Notes: generated by a model not told the origin, from the sequence alone. A stretch of 32,380 nt of DNA from Candidatus Geohabitans tengchongensis (GCA_031459625.1 JAVKIH010000027.1:1-32380); one strand, 5' to 3'. Shown: positions 1-8,438, numbered from the stretch's first letter. Program-made: numbers and translations.

Positions 1-397
1 CGCGCATGGTCGTCCGGGTGAGCTTGGCGTAGAAGCGGGCGGCTTCGCCCAGCGCCGCCCCGGCGACGTGGTCGGGGTGGGCGTCCACCCAGTACGGGAC
101 GAAGAGCACGTCGGGGCGCACCTCCCGGATGACCTCGGCGACCTGGCGACGGGCCTCCACGGTGTCGGCGACCTCACGGTTGGGCAGCGGCAGGGTGATG
201 CGCCACTCCACCCCCAGCACCCGGGCCGCCTCGGCGGCCTCCACCGCCCGGCGCTCCGGGCTGCCGCGCGGCGTGGGTTCGCCGTTGGTGAGGTCGCAGA
301 GGACCACGCTGTGGCCCTGGCGGACCAGGGCGGCCACCGTCCCGCCCATGCCGATCTCCACGTCGTCGGGGTGGGGCCCGATGGCCAGGATGCGCAT
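1..397 (-). CDS. bshB1: PIG-L/LmbE-family deacetylase, BshB1-like (3' end runs off window)
   Basis: Not in the ORF track. Manual translation from ATG at 397: MRILAIGPHPDDVEIGMGGTVA...DLTNGEPTPRG...DAHPDH. HPDD and HPDH zinc motifs; start overlaps the GT2 stop (TGATG). Confidence 0.8.
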   Translation of the reverse strand, partial: MRILAIGPHPDDVEIGMGGTVAALVRQGHSVVLCDLTNGEPTPRGSPERRAVEAAEAARVLGVEWRITLPLPNREVADTVEARRQVAEVIREVRPDVLFVPYWVDAHPDHVAGAALGEAARFYAKLTRTTMR

Positions 398-1140
398 CAC
401 TCGGCCGAGGCGAGCGCCAGGGAGAGCCCGGCCCGCGCCAGCTCCCGCTCCAGCACCGAGCGGTAGTAGCGCCGCCGCGTCTCGGGATCGTCGAGCCCGC
501 CCCAGAAGCGCCGCGCCGGGTTCTTGTAGACCCGGGCGACCGGCAGCTCCACCACGCGCAGCCTCAGCCGCCAGGCCTGGATCCACACCTGGAGGGGGAG
601 GCCGTAGCCCGGCTCGTCCAGCCGCAGCCGCGCCAGCGCCTCGCCCCGGTAGGCCTTGAACCCGCACCAGGCGTCGGTGAGGGGGTACCCGGTGAGGCGC
701 CGCAGGAGCGCCGTCGTCTCGCGGTTGAGGGCCAGGCGGTCAGGGGGCGGCGGGTCGCCTCGCAGCGCCGGGTCGAGGTAGCGGCTGCCCGAGACGATGT
801 CGGCGTCGGCGAGCGCCGCCAGGAAGGCGGGGATGCGGGCGGGCTCGTGCTGGGCATCGCAGTCGATGGTGACCACCCGGCGGTAGCCGCGCTGGACAGC
901 CCAGGTGAAGCCGTCGATGAGCGCCTGCCCGTACCCCAGGTTGTCCGGGTGGGTCAGCACGCGCACCTGCGGGTCACGGGCGGCGGCCTCGGCCAGGATC
1001 GCCGGCGAGCAGTCGGTGGAGCCGTCGTCCACCACCAGGACGTCGGCGGCGGGGACGGCACTGCGCACCTCCGACAGCACCTCCCGCAGGGTGGCCTCTT
1101 CGTTGTAGAGCGGGACGACCACGAGCGCGCGGTTCTCCAT
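397..1140 (-). CDS. Glycosyltransferase family 2 (Dpm1-like)
   Basis: MENRALVVVPLYNEE...VVDDGSTD...NLGYGQAL...TIDCDAQH...GSRY...DAWCGFKAY; GGAGG RBS before ATG 1140. Confidence 0.9.
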   Translation of the reverse strand: MENRALVVVPLYNEEATLREVLSEVRSAVPAADVLVVDDGSTDCSPAILAEAAARDPQVRVLTHPDNLGYGQALIDGFTWAVQRGYRRVVTIDCDAQHEPARIPAFLAALADADIVSGSRYLDPALRGDPPPPDRLALNRETTALLRRLTGYPLTDAWCGFKAYRGEALARLRLDEPGYGLPLQVWIQAWRLRLRVVELPVARVYKNPARRFWGGLDDPETRRRYYRSVLERELARAGLSLALASAE

Positions 1141-1296
1141 GCCTCCAGCCAGTATAGCGCACGCGCTCCAGCCCCCGGACCCGCCGTGCTGCCAGTCCCG
1201 GAACCCGCCGCGCTGTGGGCGGGCTCGAGCCCGTCGGTGCGGGGCGAGGCGGAGCGGATCCGGGGACCGCACCTGCGTGGCCGGGCTCGCGGCGGG

Positions 1297-1334
1297 CTTG
1301 CATATTTATTCGATATCGTGCATGATGATTCACA
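1297..1334 (+). promoter_or_regulatory. Tandem ARG boxes (ArgR operators) overlapping a sigma70 promoter
   Basis: CTTGCATATTTATTCGAT (1297-1314) and CGTGCATGATGATTCACA (1317-1334), 2 bp apart; TTGCAT(1298)-N17-CATGAT(1321); AT-rich patch directly upstream of argG. Confidence 0.8.
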
Positions 1335-1360
1335 TCAGCGTGCGACGGGAGGGGCAGCGC

Positions 1361-2598
1361 ATGACGACGAGTCCACCGCTGTGGAAGCTGACGGCCGTGC
1401 GCCCACCGGGGGTGCGGCGGGTCGCCCTGGCCTACTCCGGCGGGTTGGACTCCTCGCTGTGCGTCGCCCTCCTGCGCGAGGTCTACCGTGTCGAGGAGGT
1501 CGTCCCCATCACCGTGGACGTCGGCCAGGGCGCCGAGGAGCTGGCCGCCGCCGCCCGCAAGGCCGCCGGGCTGGGGATCACCCCGCACGTCGTCGACGCG
1601 CGCGAGGCGTTCGCCCGAGACTGGCTGGCCCCGGCCATCCGGGCCAACGCCGACTACCTGGGCTACCCGGTGGCCACGGCCATGACCCGCCAGCTCATCG
1701 CCCGCATCGTGGCGGAGCAGGCACTGGCCCTGGGGTGCGACGCGCTGGCCGAGGGGTCCAGCGGCAAGGGCAACGACCAGTACCGCATGCACAACGTCTT
1801 CACGCTGTTCGCCCCCGGCCTGCCCGTCCTCGTCCCCGTGCGCGACCTCGACCTGACCCGCACCGAGGAGCAGGCGCTGTGCGCCCACTTCGGGATCCCC
1901 GTGGACGAGCCCATCCCCGGCGGGGACGACAAGACCCTGTGGTGCCGCTCCATCGCCAGCGGCGGCCTGGGCCTGGAGACCGAGATCCCGGACGCGGTCT
2001 GGCGGTGGTACGTCCCCCCCAGCGCGCCCCGGACCGGCCCGTCACCGTCACCCTGACGTTCGCCCGGGGCGTCCCCGTGGCGCTCGACGGCGAGCCGCTG
2101 GCGCTGGCCGACCTGGTGGAGGCGCTCAACGTCCGGGCCGGGCAGTGCGGCGTCGGGCGCATCGACATCCTGGAGGACGGCATCATGGGCCTCAAGTCGC
2201 GGGAGGTCTACGAGGCGCCGGCGGCGACCGTCATCCTGCGGGCCCACCGGGACCTGGAGCAGCTCACCCTGACCAAGGAGGAGGTGCAGTTCAAGCGCGG
2301 GGTGGACCAGGCCTGGGCGGCGCTGGTCTACCACGGGGACTGGTTCCACCCGCTGCGCGAGGACCTGGACGCCTTCATCGCCCGCTCCCAGGAGGTCGTG
2401 GAGGGGATGGTGACGCTGCGGCTGTATAAGGGCAGCGTGGAGATCACGGGGCGCACCTCCCCCCAGGCGCTCTTTGCCCCCCAGCTGCGCTCGATCGCCT
2501 CGGGCGGCTTCGACCAGCGCCTGTGCGGCCCGGCGGCGCAGATCCGCGGCCTGCCCTACCAGGTGCTGGCCCTGCGCCGGGCCCGAACGCCAGGGTGA
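1361..2598 (+). pseudogene. argG: Argininosuccinate synthase, split by a 1-nt frameshift at C7 (2014-2020); may be a sequencing error
   Basis: N-half ALAYSGGLDSS...SGKGNDQYR is in one frame; C-half GVGRIDILEDGIMGLKSREVYEAPAA is in another. One extra C gives a continuous 412-aa protein (YVPPQRAPDRPVTVTLTF). Confidence 0.85.
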
Positions 2599-2690
2599 GG
2601 TCCCGGTGACCGGCGCCGACGGCGCCCCGGCGCCGTCAACGACGACGGCGGGAGGCCGGGGGGACCGCGACGGCCCGAGGAGGCGGTGGC

Positions 2691-4037
2691 GTGAGCAAGC
2701 TCTGGGAGAAGGGCTACCGGCTGCACGAGGCGATCGAGCGCTTCGAGGTGGGGGACGACGTCTGGCTGGACCAGCGCCTGGCCTGGGCCGACCTGCTGGG
2801 CTCCATCGCCCACGCCCGCATGCTCGGCCGCATCGGCATCCTCACCGCCGAGGAGGTGGCGCGCCTGGAGGCGGCGCTGCGTGAGCTGCTGGCCGAGGCG
2901 CGCCAGGGACGCCTCACCCTGACGGTGCAGGACGAGGACATCCACACGAAGGTGGAAGGGCTGCTGGTGGAGCGCCTGGGCGACCTGGGCAAGAAGCTCC
3001 ACACCGGGCGCTCCCGCAACGACCAAGTGCTGGTCGACCTGCGGCTGTACACCAAGCGGGCGCTCCTCGACCTGCAGGAGGCGGTCCTGGCCTGCGCCGA
3101 GGCGCTCCTCGACTTCGCCGCCCGCCACCGCGACCTGCCCATGCCCGGCTACACCCACCTGCAGCGGGCCATGCTCTCCTCGGTGGGGCTGTGGGCCGGC
3201 GCCTTCGTCGAGGCCCTGCTGGACGACCTGACGCTGTGCGAGACCGCCTACCGGCTGAACGACCAGTCCCCGCTCGGCTCGGCGGCCGGCTACGGGGTCC
3301 CCCTCCCTCTCGACCGCGCCTACACGGCGCAGTTGCTGGGCTTCGCCCGGGTGCAGCCCAACGTCCTCTACGTGCAGAACAGCCGGGGGAAGTTCGAGCT
3401 GGCGGCGCTGCAGGCCGCGGCCCAGGTGGCCGTGGACCTGGCGAAGCTGGCCGAGGACCTGCTGCTCTTCACCACCAGCGAGTTCGGCTTCTTCCGCGTG
3501 GCCGAGGAGCTGGCCACGGGCTCCTCGATCATGCCCCAGAAGCGCAACCTGGACGCCGTGGAGCTGGTGCGGGCGCGCTGCCGCTGGGTGATCGGCCTGC
3601 AGGCGCAGGTGGGGACCATCGTCGCCGGCTGCCCCTCGGGCTACAACGGCGACCTGCAGGAGACGAAGCGCCCGCTCATGGAGGGGCTCGACACCGTGAC
3701 GGCCTGCCTGCGCGTCATGGCCCTCACGGTGGCCCACACCACCCCCGACCCGGAGCGGCTGGCCGCCGCCTGCACGCCGGAGCTCTTCGCCACGGACGCA
3801 GCGCTGCAGCTCGTCGCCGCGGGGGTCCCCTTCCGGGACGCCTACCGCCAGGTGGCCACAGGCGTCGTACCGGTGGAGCGGCCCGCCGACCTGGCCGCGG
3901 CCCTGGCCCGGCGCTCCTCCGAGGGGGCCCCGGGCAACCTGGGCCTGGAGGGCGCCCGGGCCCGATGGCAGGCGGAGCGGGCGCGGGTCGGGGAGGAGCG
4001 GGAGCGCTTCGAGGGCGCGCTGGCCGCCCTGGCCTGA
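2691..4037 (+). CDS. argH: Argininosuccinate lyase
   Basis: KLHTGRSRNDQV, MPGYTHLQRA, SPLGSAAGYG, GSSIMPQKRN signature; follows argG. Confidence 0.95.
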   Translation: MSKLWEKGYRLHEAIERFEVGDDVWLDQRLAWADLLGSIAHARMLGRIGILTAEEVARLEAALRELLAEARQGRLTLTVQDEDIHTKVEGLLVERLGDLGKKLHTGRSRNDQVLVDLRLYTKRALLDLQEAVLACAEALLDFAARHRDLPMPGYTHLQRAMLSSVGLWAGAFVEALLDDLTLCETAYRLNDQSPLGSAAGYGVPLPLDRAYTAQLLGFARVQPNVLYVQNSRGKFELAALQAAAQVAVDLAKLAEDLLLFTTSEFGFFRVAEELATGSSIMPQKRNLDAVELVRARCRWVIGLQAQVGTIVAGCPSGYNGDLQETKRPLMEGLDTVTACLRVMALTVAHTTPDPERLAAACTPELFATDAALQLVAAGVPFRDAYRQVATGVVPVERPADLAAALARRSSEGAPGNLGLEGARARWQAERARVGEERERFEGALAALA

Positions 4038-4153
4038 GCCCGGCCGCCGCTGCCCCGGGGAGGGCAACCACGGCCTCCCCCGCAGCCGACGAGGATCCCA
4101 CCGTCCCCCTGCAATAGAACGGGCCCGTCGGTGCGTCTCTTAGTAGGGACGCG

Positions 4154-4648
4154 ATGAGGGTGGAACCGGTGAGTCGGCCTGCTGCCGTCGAGCGCGACTT
4201 CGAAGCGTTCGTCCTCCCCCATCTCGGCTACCTGTACGGCCTGGCGGTCAGGCTGCTCGGCCAGCGCGAGGGGGCCGAGGACCTCGTCCAGGACGCGCTG
4301 CTGCGGGCCTTCCGCGGCTTCCCCCGGCTGCGTCACCACGAGCGGGGCCGGCTGTGGCTCACCCGCATCACCACCCGGGCCTACTACGACCGGTTGCACT
4401 TGGACTTCCTCGACCTCTTCGACAGCGAGAAGGTCATCGCCGTGCTGGCCGCGCTCCCGCCCGGGTACCGCACCGCCCTGATCCTGGCGTACGTGTACGG
4501 CTTCAAGGCCCGCGAGGTGGCCGAGAGCATGCGCGTCCCCCTGGGCACCGTGCTGTCCATGCTCTCGAGGGGCCGCCGGCGGCTGGAACGCGAGCTCTGG
4601 CAGTTCGCCACCACCAACGGACTGCTGCACCGGGAGGCTCGGGGATGA
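4154..4648 (+). CDS. ECF RNA polymerase sigma factor
   Basis: sigma2 AEDLVQDALLRAFR...WLTRI; sigma4 LPPGYRTALIL...GFKAREVAESMRVPLGTVLSMLSRGRRRL; start could be GTG 4169. Confidence 0.9.
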   Translation: MRVEPVSRPAAVERDFEAFVLPHLGYLYGLAVRLLGQREGAEDLVQDALLRAFRGFPRLRHHERGRLWLTRITTRAYYDRLHLDFLDLFDSEKVIAVLAALPPGYRTALILAYVYGFKAREVAESMRVPLGTVLSMLSRGRRRLERELWQFATTNGLLHREARG

Positions 4649-4670
4649 TCACGCACCGGGACGGTCGGAC

Positions 4671-4907
4671 ATGATCACGTGTCGCGAAGCGGTGGCCCGC
4701 CTGTGGGCGTACCTAGACCGCCATCTCGGGCGGGTGGAGGAGGCGGAGCTGGAGGAGCACCTGGGGCTGTGCCTCCACTGCTGCGGCGAGCTGCGCTTCG
4801 CCCAACACCTGCGCGAGCGTCTGCGTGCCTCCGGAGACTCGGCGGTGGACGAGGCGACGCGCCAGCGGCTGGAAGCCTTCGTCAGGGGCATCGGGGAGGT
4901 TGAGTAG
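4671..4907 (+). CDS. Zinc-binding anti-sigma factor (zf-HC2/ZAS, RsrA/RshA-like), soluble
   Basis: MITCREAVARLWAYLD...EEHLGLCLHCC contains HxxxCxxC; directly downstream of the ECF sigma. Confidence 0.88.
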   Translation: MITCREAVARLWAYLDRHLGRVEEAELEEHLGLCLHCCGELRFAQHLRERLRASGDSAVDEATRQRLEAFVRGIGEVE

Positions 4908-5741
4908 ATGGCGGATCCGCACCGTCACCTCGGCGCAGTGGAGTCGGGCGACCTGCTGGGCCAGGACGCCATCAAGGCGTCGGTCCGTGCCGCCTACCGG
5001 GAGATCATCGGCCAGGAGACGGGAGCGGCCGCCGCCCTCTACGATCCGGAGCAGCTGGCGGCGCTCCCCGCCGGCGCCGTCGCCCAGGCGCTGGGGGTCG
5101 GCAACCCGATCCGCCACGCCGACCTCCGGCCGGGCGAGGTGGTGGTGGACCTGGGCTGTGGCGGGGGGATCGACACGATCCTGGCGGCCCGGGCTGTGGG
5201 GCCCCAGGGGCGGGCCATCGGGCTCGACATCCTCCCGGAGATGCTCGAGGCGGCGGCGCGCCACGCCCAGGCGGCGGGCGCGACGAACGTGGAGTGGGTC
5301 CAGGGGGAGCTCGAGGCCATCCCCCTGCCCGACGGCGTGGCGGATGTGGCCATCGCCAACGGCACCGTGAACCTCTCGCCGCGCAAGTCGCGGGTCTTCG
5401 CCGAGGTCTTCCGGATCCTGCGCCCGGGCGGGCGCTTCGTGGCCGCCGACATCGTGGTGGACGAGGACCTGCCGCCGGAGATCCGGACTCACCCGGCCGC
5501 CTGGGCGGGGTGAATCTCGGGAGCGCTGGCGGAGGGGACCTTCGCCGCCAAACTGCGCAAGGCCGGCTTCGAGGCGGTCGAGCGGGTGGAGGAGCGGCCC
5601 TTCGGGCCGGAGCAGTGGGGCGCCTACCCGCTGCTCACTCCGGACCTGCTAGACCTGGTGCGACGGCTCATCCCGCCGGAGCGACAGGCGACGGTGACCC
5701 GCTCGGTGACCTTCCGGGCGCGGAAGCCCGCCGCTCCCTGA
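4908..5741 (+). CDS. ArsM-like SAM-dependent methyltransferase, probable selenoprotein (Sec202 at TGA 5511-5513), 277 aa
   Basis: SAM motif VVDLGCGGGID; LGVGNP; EVFRILRPGGRF. The frame continues past TGA as WAG-U-ISGALAEGTFAAKLRKAGF...SVTFRARKP to TGA 5739-5741, matching the ArsM W-x-G-C-I-x-G-A-L region and C-terminal strand. SECIS-like hairpin downstream. Confidence 0.85.
5514..5550 (+). promoter_or_regulatory. Putative bacterial SECIS element
   Basis: Stem GGCGGAGG (5528-5535) pairs with CCTTCGCC (5539-5546); G-led apical loop GGA begins 22 nt after the UGA. Confidence 0.65.
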
Positions 5742-5774
5742 CCGCCACCATCATCACCGGGAGGTGAGGGAGAC

Positions 5775-6377
5775 ATGGGATACGCCATCGAGGGCAAGTT
5801 GCTGGAAGCCTGCTCGTGCGCAGCCATCTGCCCCTGCTGGGTCGGCCGCGACCCCGACGGGGGCCAGTGCGACGGGCTCATCGCCTACCACTACGACCGG
5901 GGGGAGATCGACGGGGTGGACGTCTCCGGCCTCACCCTGGCCCTGGCGGTCCACATCCCCGGCAACGTCCTCCAGGGCGGGTGGAAGGTCGTGGCCTACG
6001 TCGACCGGCGGGCCACGCCGCGGCAGAAGGAGGCGATCCTGGCAGCCCACACCGGCCGGCTCGGTGGGCCGCTGGCCGACCTGGCGCCGCTCATCGGCGA
6101 GGTGCTGGGCGTGCAGGACGTGCCCATCGACTTCCACATGGCCGAGGGCCGGGGGACGGTCCGCGTGGGCGACGAGATCAGCGGGGAGATGGAGCCCCTG
6201 ACCGACCTGCAGGGGCGGCCGACGACGCTGGTGGACAGCGTCTTCAGCACGATCCCGGGCTCGCCGGCGTTTGTGGGCACGGCGCCCTCGCTGCGGGCGA
6301 CGATCCCCGCCCACGGGATCGCCTGGGCCTTCGAAGGCCGGAACGCCGTCCTGGGCTCGTTCCGCTTCGCCGCCTGA
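5775..6377 (+). CDS. DUF1326-family protein (Cys-rich N-terminus, putative metal binding)
   Basis: EACSCAAICPCW...GQCDG...GEIDGVDVSGL...PGNVLQGGW...YVDRRATPRQKEAI; GGAGG/GAGGGAG RBS. Confidence 0.8.
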   Translation: MGYAIEGKLLEACSCAAICPCWVGRDPDGGQCDGLIAYHYDRGEIDGVDVSGLTLALAVHIPGNVLQGGWKVVAYVDRRATPRQKEAILAAHTGRLGGPLADLAPLIGEVLGVQDVPIDFHMAEGRGTVRVGDEISGEMEPLTDLQGRPTTLVDSVFSTIPGSPAFVGTAPSLRATIPAHGIAWAFEGRNAVLGSFRFAA

Positions 6378-6423
6378 GGCGCCCGTGCGCACCGGGCCGC
6401 TGGGCGACGGGTCCGCACCGTCT

Positions 6424-7206
6424 ATGATCGACGCGCTGCGCACGTCCGACGACCGCCGCTGGTACACTCTGGCGGTAGCCGCGGTGGTCCTCTTCGCCTG
6501 GCTGACCCTGGCGGCCTGGGGGCGGTCCCCCTACGCGGTCTTCCTGGGCCACGGCGACGCCGGGGAGGTGTTCCCTCCGCCAGCGGGATCCTCCCCGGCG
6601 CTCCGCCTCGGCCTCTTCGTCGGCGGGTGGGTGCTCATGACGGTGGCGATGATGCTCCCCGCCAGCCTGCCGCTCCTCACCCTCTTCCGGCGGATGGTGC
6701 ACCACCGCCGCCGTCGCGGGGGGCTGCTCGTCGCCCTGAGTGCGGGGTACCTAGGCGTGTGGGGCCTCTTCGGCCTGGGGGCCTACACCGGCGACCGGGT
6801 GGTCCACGTCGTCGTCGACCGCGCGGGCGCCGGGGCGGCGGCGGCCGCGCTGCTCCTCCCCACGGTCCTGCTGGCCGCCGGGCTCTACCAGTTCACCGGC
6901 TTGAAGGACCGCTGCCTGCAGGCCTGCCGGTCCCCCTACCTGTTCGTAGCCGAACGGTGGCGCGGCCGGCGGCCCGCGCTCGAGGCCTTCCGGCTGGGGG
7001 TGGACCACGGGCTCTTCTGCGTGGGGTGTTGCTGGACGCTGATGCTCCTGATGTTCGCCGTGGGGGTGGGGCACCTGACCTGGATGCTGGTGCTGGGCGC
7101 GGTCATGGGCACCGAACGCGCCGCGCCCTGGGGACGGGCCCTCACCCGTCCCGTGGGCGTGCTGCTGGTGCTCTGGGCCCTGGGCCGCCTGGTGCGCGGG
7201 GCGTAG
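6424..7206 (+). CDS. DUF2182-family predicted metal-binding integral membrane protein
   Basis: WVLMTVAMMLP, AGLYQFTGLKDRCLQACRSP, GLFCVGCCWTLMLLMFAVG; several TM helices; usual partner of DUF1326; start uncertain. Confidence 0.85.
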   Translation: MIDALRTSDDRRWYTLAVAAVVLFAWLTLAAWGRSPYAVFLGHGDAGEVFPPPAGSSPALRLGLFVGGWVLMTVAMMLPASLPLLTLFRRMVHHRRRRGGLLVALSAGYLGVWGLFGLGAYTGDRVVHVVVDRAGAGAAAAALLLPTVLLAAGLYQFTGLKDRCLQACRSPYLFVAERWRGRRPALEAFRLGVDHGLFCVGCCWTLMLLMFAVGVGHLTWMLVLGAVMGTERAAPWGRALTRPVGVLLVLWALGRLVRGA

Positions 7207-7221
7207 TGGCCGGCGCGACGG

Positions 7222-7992
7222 CTAGAGCAGCTTCACCCCGTTGATGGTCAGCTTGAAGGAGCACCCCAGGAACTCGGCGGCCCGCCGGCACATCACCATG
7301 CGCGTGAGGAAGATCTCGAAGTACTCCATCACCGGCGAGCTCTCGGTGTCGATGACCAGTTCGAGGGTGATGGTGCGGCTCTTCTCGTCCACGCGCAGGA
7401 AGGAGTGCTCCACCGCGTAGTTCACCCGGTCGTGGATGTCAAAGGTGGTCGGGTCGGGGTTGCGCACCCGGGTGCGGTGGACGTCCGACTTGTCGGAGAG
7501 GATGACGGCGGCGCCCACCGCGCTCACCGGCTCGCCGTGCGGTTCCTCGTGGTTGCCGATGGCCCCCATGACCACCGCCCGCTCGTCCGGGGCCATCCCC
7601 AGGCGGGCCAGGATCCCACCGGCCAGCACCGCCCCGGTGTGCTCGTGGTTCACCCGACCCACCAGGTTGCCGATGTCGTGCAGGTAGCCGGCCACGGCGG
7701 CGAGCTGGGCCTGGCGGTCGTCGTAGCCCAGTCGCTTGAGGATGTTGTAGGCGATGTTGGCCGTCAGGTTGGCGTGGCGGAAGCCGTGCTCCGTGTAGCC
7801 GATGGCGCCGGTGTACTCGTTGGCCTTCTCGATGTAGGCGGCCACCTCGGGGTCGCGCTTGACCTCCTCCAGCGAGACCCCCGGCCGCTGCGGCGGCGGG
7901 GTGGTCTCGACCAGGGCCCCCGCCGCCTCCTCCGGCGCCGGCGGGGCCGGCGGGACGACCCGCCGGCGGGCCCGCGCCCGCGCCACCCTCAC
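7222..7992 (-). CDS. HD-domain phosphohydrolase
   Basis: GYTEHGFRH...GYLHDIGN...AIGNHEE...LSDKSDVHRTRVR; coupled to yajC. Confidence 0.85.
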   Translation of the reverse strand: MRVARARARRRVVPPAPPAPEEAAGALVETTPPPQRPGVSLEEVKRDPEVAAYIEKANEYTGAIGYTEHGFRHANLTANIAYNILKRLGYDDRQAQLAAVAGYLHDIGNLVGRVNHEHTGAVLAGGILARLGMAPDERAVVMGAIGNHEEPHGEPVSAVGAAVILSDKSDVHRTRVRNPDPTTFDIHDRVNYAVEHSFLRVDEKSRTITLELVIDTESSPVMEYFEIFLTRMVMCRRAAEFLGCSFKLTINGVKLL

Positions 7993-8294
7993 CGCCGCCC
8001 CCCGGCGGCGCGCTCCGGCATCGCCGCCACCCGGCCGCGCACGCTCTGGACGGCGGCGCGGTCGGCCCGCACGCGCACGTTGGGGGCCAGCTCCAGCACC
8101 AGGACGTCGTCCTTCACCTCGAGGATGGTGGCGTGCAGGCCGCCGATGGTGACGACGCGGTCGCCCGGCCGCAGCGCCGCCAGCATCTCCCGGCGCCGCC
8201 GCATCTGCACCATCTGCGGCCGCCAGAAGAGCAGGTACATCAGCACGAAGAAGACGAGCAGCGGGATGAGCCCCGCCAGCTGCTGGCTGGTCAT
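7989..8294 (-). CDS. yajC: Preprotein translocase subunit YajC
   Basis: MTSQQLAGLIPLLVFFVLMYLLFWRPQ...LRPGDRVVTIGGLHATI (C-terminal part of the 7989..9767 ORF). Confidence 0.93.
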   Translation of the reverse strand: MTSQQLAGLIPLLVFFVLMYLLFWRPQMVQMRRRREMLAALRPGDRVVTIGGLHATILEVKDDVLVLELAPNVRVRADRAAVQSVRGRVAAMPERAAGGRR

Positions 8295-8438
8295 CGACAC
8301 GACTCCTCTCCGGGCGCCGCAGCGCCGCCGGCGGACGGCGTCCCGACCGCTCCCGACCGCCCGGGCCCCTCGCCGGGCTGCCGACGCGCCCGCTACAATA
8401 GCACCGCTACCATAGCACGTCTGCGGGGAGGAGGACGG

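Noticed and set aside
2618..2637. Intrinsic terminator between argG and argH (GACGGCGCC-CC-GGCGCCGTC)
   Set aside because: The hairpin has no U-tract and lies inside a probable operon; such inverted repeats are common at this GC content.
5511..5513. Genome-wide TGA reassignment as the explanation for the readthrough
   Set aside because: Many genes here (argH, ECF sigma, DUF1326, ruvA, tctA) end properly at TGA, so the readthrough is site-specific.
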